Source: Ginglymostoma cirratum
Taxonomy: Eukaryota
Length of the DNA stretch: 64,000 nt
Assembly (NCBI GenBank): GCA_024137785.1
Contig: JAHRHZ010000081.1
Location: 7,372,898-7,436,897 of the forward strand
Direction of reading: 5' to 3'
Positions 62,548 to 64,000 of this stretch are shown here, one piece after another. The notes under the pieces are model-generated. The model saw only the letters and a program-made list of their open reading frames with translations, was not told the DNA's origin and did not search any database. Positions within the stretch are counted from its first letter, which is position 1; every line of letters starts with the position of its first letter. The position numbers and the translations under genes are program-made.

Positions 62548-63326
62548 CTGCATTTTGGTAGGGCAAAGCAGAGCAGGACTAACATAGTTAATGATAAGGT
62601 CCTAGGGAGTGTTGCCAAACAAAGAGCCTTTGGGGTGCAGGTTCACAGTTCCTTGAAAATGGAGTTGCAGGTAGATGGGATAGTGAAGAAGGCATTTGAA
62701 ATGTTTGCCTTTATTGGTCAGTGTATTGAGTATAGGAGTTGGGAGGTCATGTTGCGGCTGTACAGGGCATTGTTTAAGCCAACTTTTTGGAATACTGCGT
62801 TCATTTCTGGTCTGCCTGATAGAGGAATGTTGTGAAAGTAGAGAGGGTTCAGAAAACATAGACAAGAATGTCGCCACGGTTGTAGGGTTTGATAGGAAGA
62901 GACTGAATAGGCTGGGCTATTTTCTCTGGAGTGCTGGAGGCTGAGGGGATGACCTTTATAGAGGTTTATATCTTAATGAGGGGCATGGATAGAGTGAATA
63001 GCCAAGGTCTTTTCCCCAAGGTGGTGCAATCCAAAACTAGAAGGCATAGGTTTAAGGTGAGGGGGAAAGATTTAAAGATGACCTAAGGAACAACTTTTTC
63101 ACGCAGAGGGTGGTGTGTGTATGAAATGAGCTGCCAGAGGAAGTGGTGGAGGCTGGTACAGTTACAGCGTTTAAAAGGCATCTGGATGGGAAAGTGATTA
63201 GGAAGGGTTTAGAGGGATATGAACCAAATGCTGGAAAATGGGGCTAGATTAATTTAGGACATCTGGTTGGCATGGACGAGTAGGACTGAAGGGTCTGTTT
63301 CCATGCTGTACATCTCTGTGACTCTG
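62548..63326 (+). mobile_element. CR1 LINE 3' part
   Basis: QVHSSLK...VKKAFEMFAFIGQCIEYRSWEVMLRLYRAL; 3'UTR matches the copy at 11716. Confidence 0.9.
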
Positions 63327-64000
63327 ATTTTACTACTCCCAGTCTCTCTCTCAAACTTCCTGTATACTACTGATCAACTATATTTTATTCAGAAGGTTGA
63401 GCCTTTGTTGTTACATACAGCCACATTCCCCCAGCTGAGAAGATTGGAAGAGGGAATAAAAGGCTTAGAAGAGACGCAGTGATCAAATATATCAAACTCA
63501 ACTCAGTTGGGATGGCGCCCTTACCGAAGATAAAACCATGTTGCCACCTGCACCAGTGTCCTATTTTGCTCAAGTATCCTTTCCCTTTACCTCTCCCTTG
63601 CCATTTCCGTTGTTTGCTCTTCTTAGCCCCTCTGACTGCCTGGCTTTGTATCTGCATTGCCCTGTAACCTGTTTCAAGAATCCTACTTAACAAAGTAAAT
63701 ATGTTAAACATTTAATTCTGTTCACAAATTTAATATTTCTTAATGTTTTGTTAACAGTACAGTTAGGTGATTAAGTGAAATGGGATAAGATCATGCCTAC
63801 ATGTAGGATAAACATCAAGCGTACCAGTTACTCTTTAGAACATCAAACAGAGTATTTTGCCAAAACTAAGGATGGAACAGTCTCCCAGATCATTAACCCA
63901 CAGACTCAGTGGTTCTCAGTCAGAATAAGTGACTTCTGCTTTGTGGGAGCCAGCCACCTTTACTGATTGTAATGGAGGAGCAGATTCTAATCTCTGGTCT

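Overview
Vertebrate genomic DNA, most likely from a shark: HE1-type V-SINEs, Deu-type SINEs, CR1 LINEs and Penelope-like repeats point to an elasmobranch, but the species cannot be read from the sequence. The window holds the promoter and coding exons 1-6 of RAB8B on the + strand (ATG at 4908, 160 codons, a 40.4 kb first intron). The last exons lie beyond the window. The rest is repeat-dense intron and upstream DNA. The most striking structure is a set of Penelope-like retroelements (GIY-YIG, probably Neptune clade) from at least two, possibly four, families. Many copies are inserted as fold-back hairpins of 0.15-1.5 kb. They carry a minimal hammerhead-ribozyme motif, a 33-35 nt unpaired 3' tail and target-site duplications of about 14 bp. 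The second-largest hairpin (1.4 kb) abuts the RAB8B core promoter and keeps an uninterrupted zinc-linker plus GIY-YIG endonuclease frame. Repeat family names come from recognising motifs, not from database searches, and repeat boundaries are approximate.
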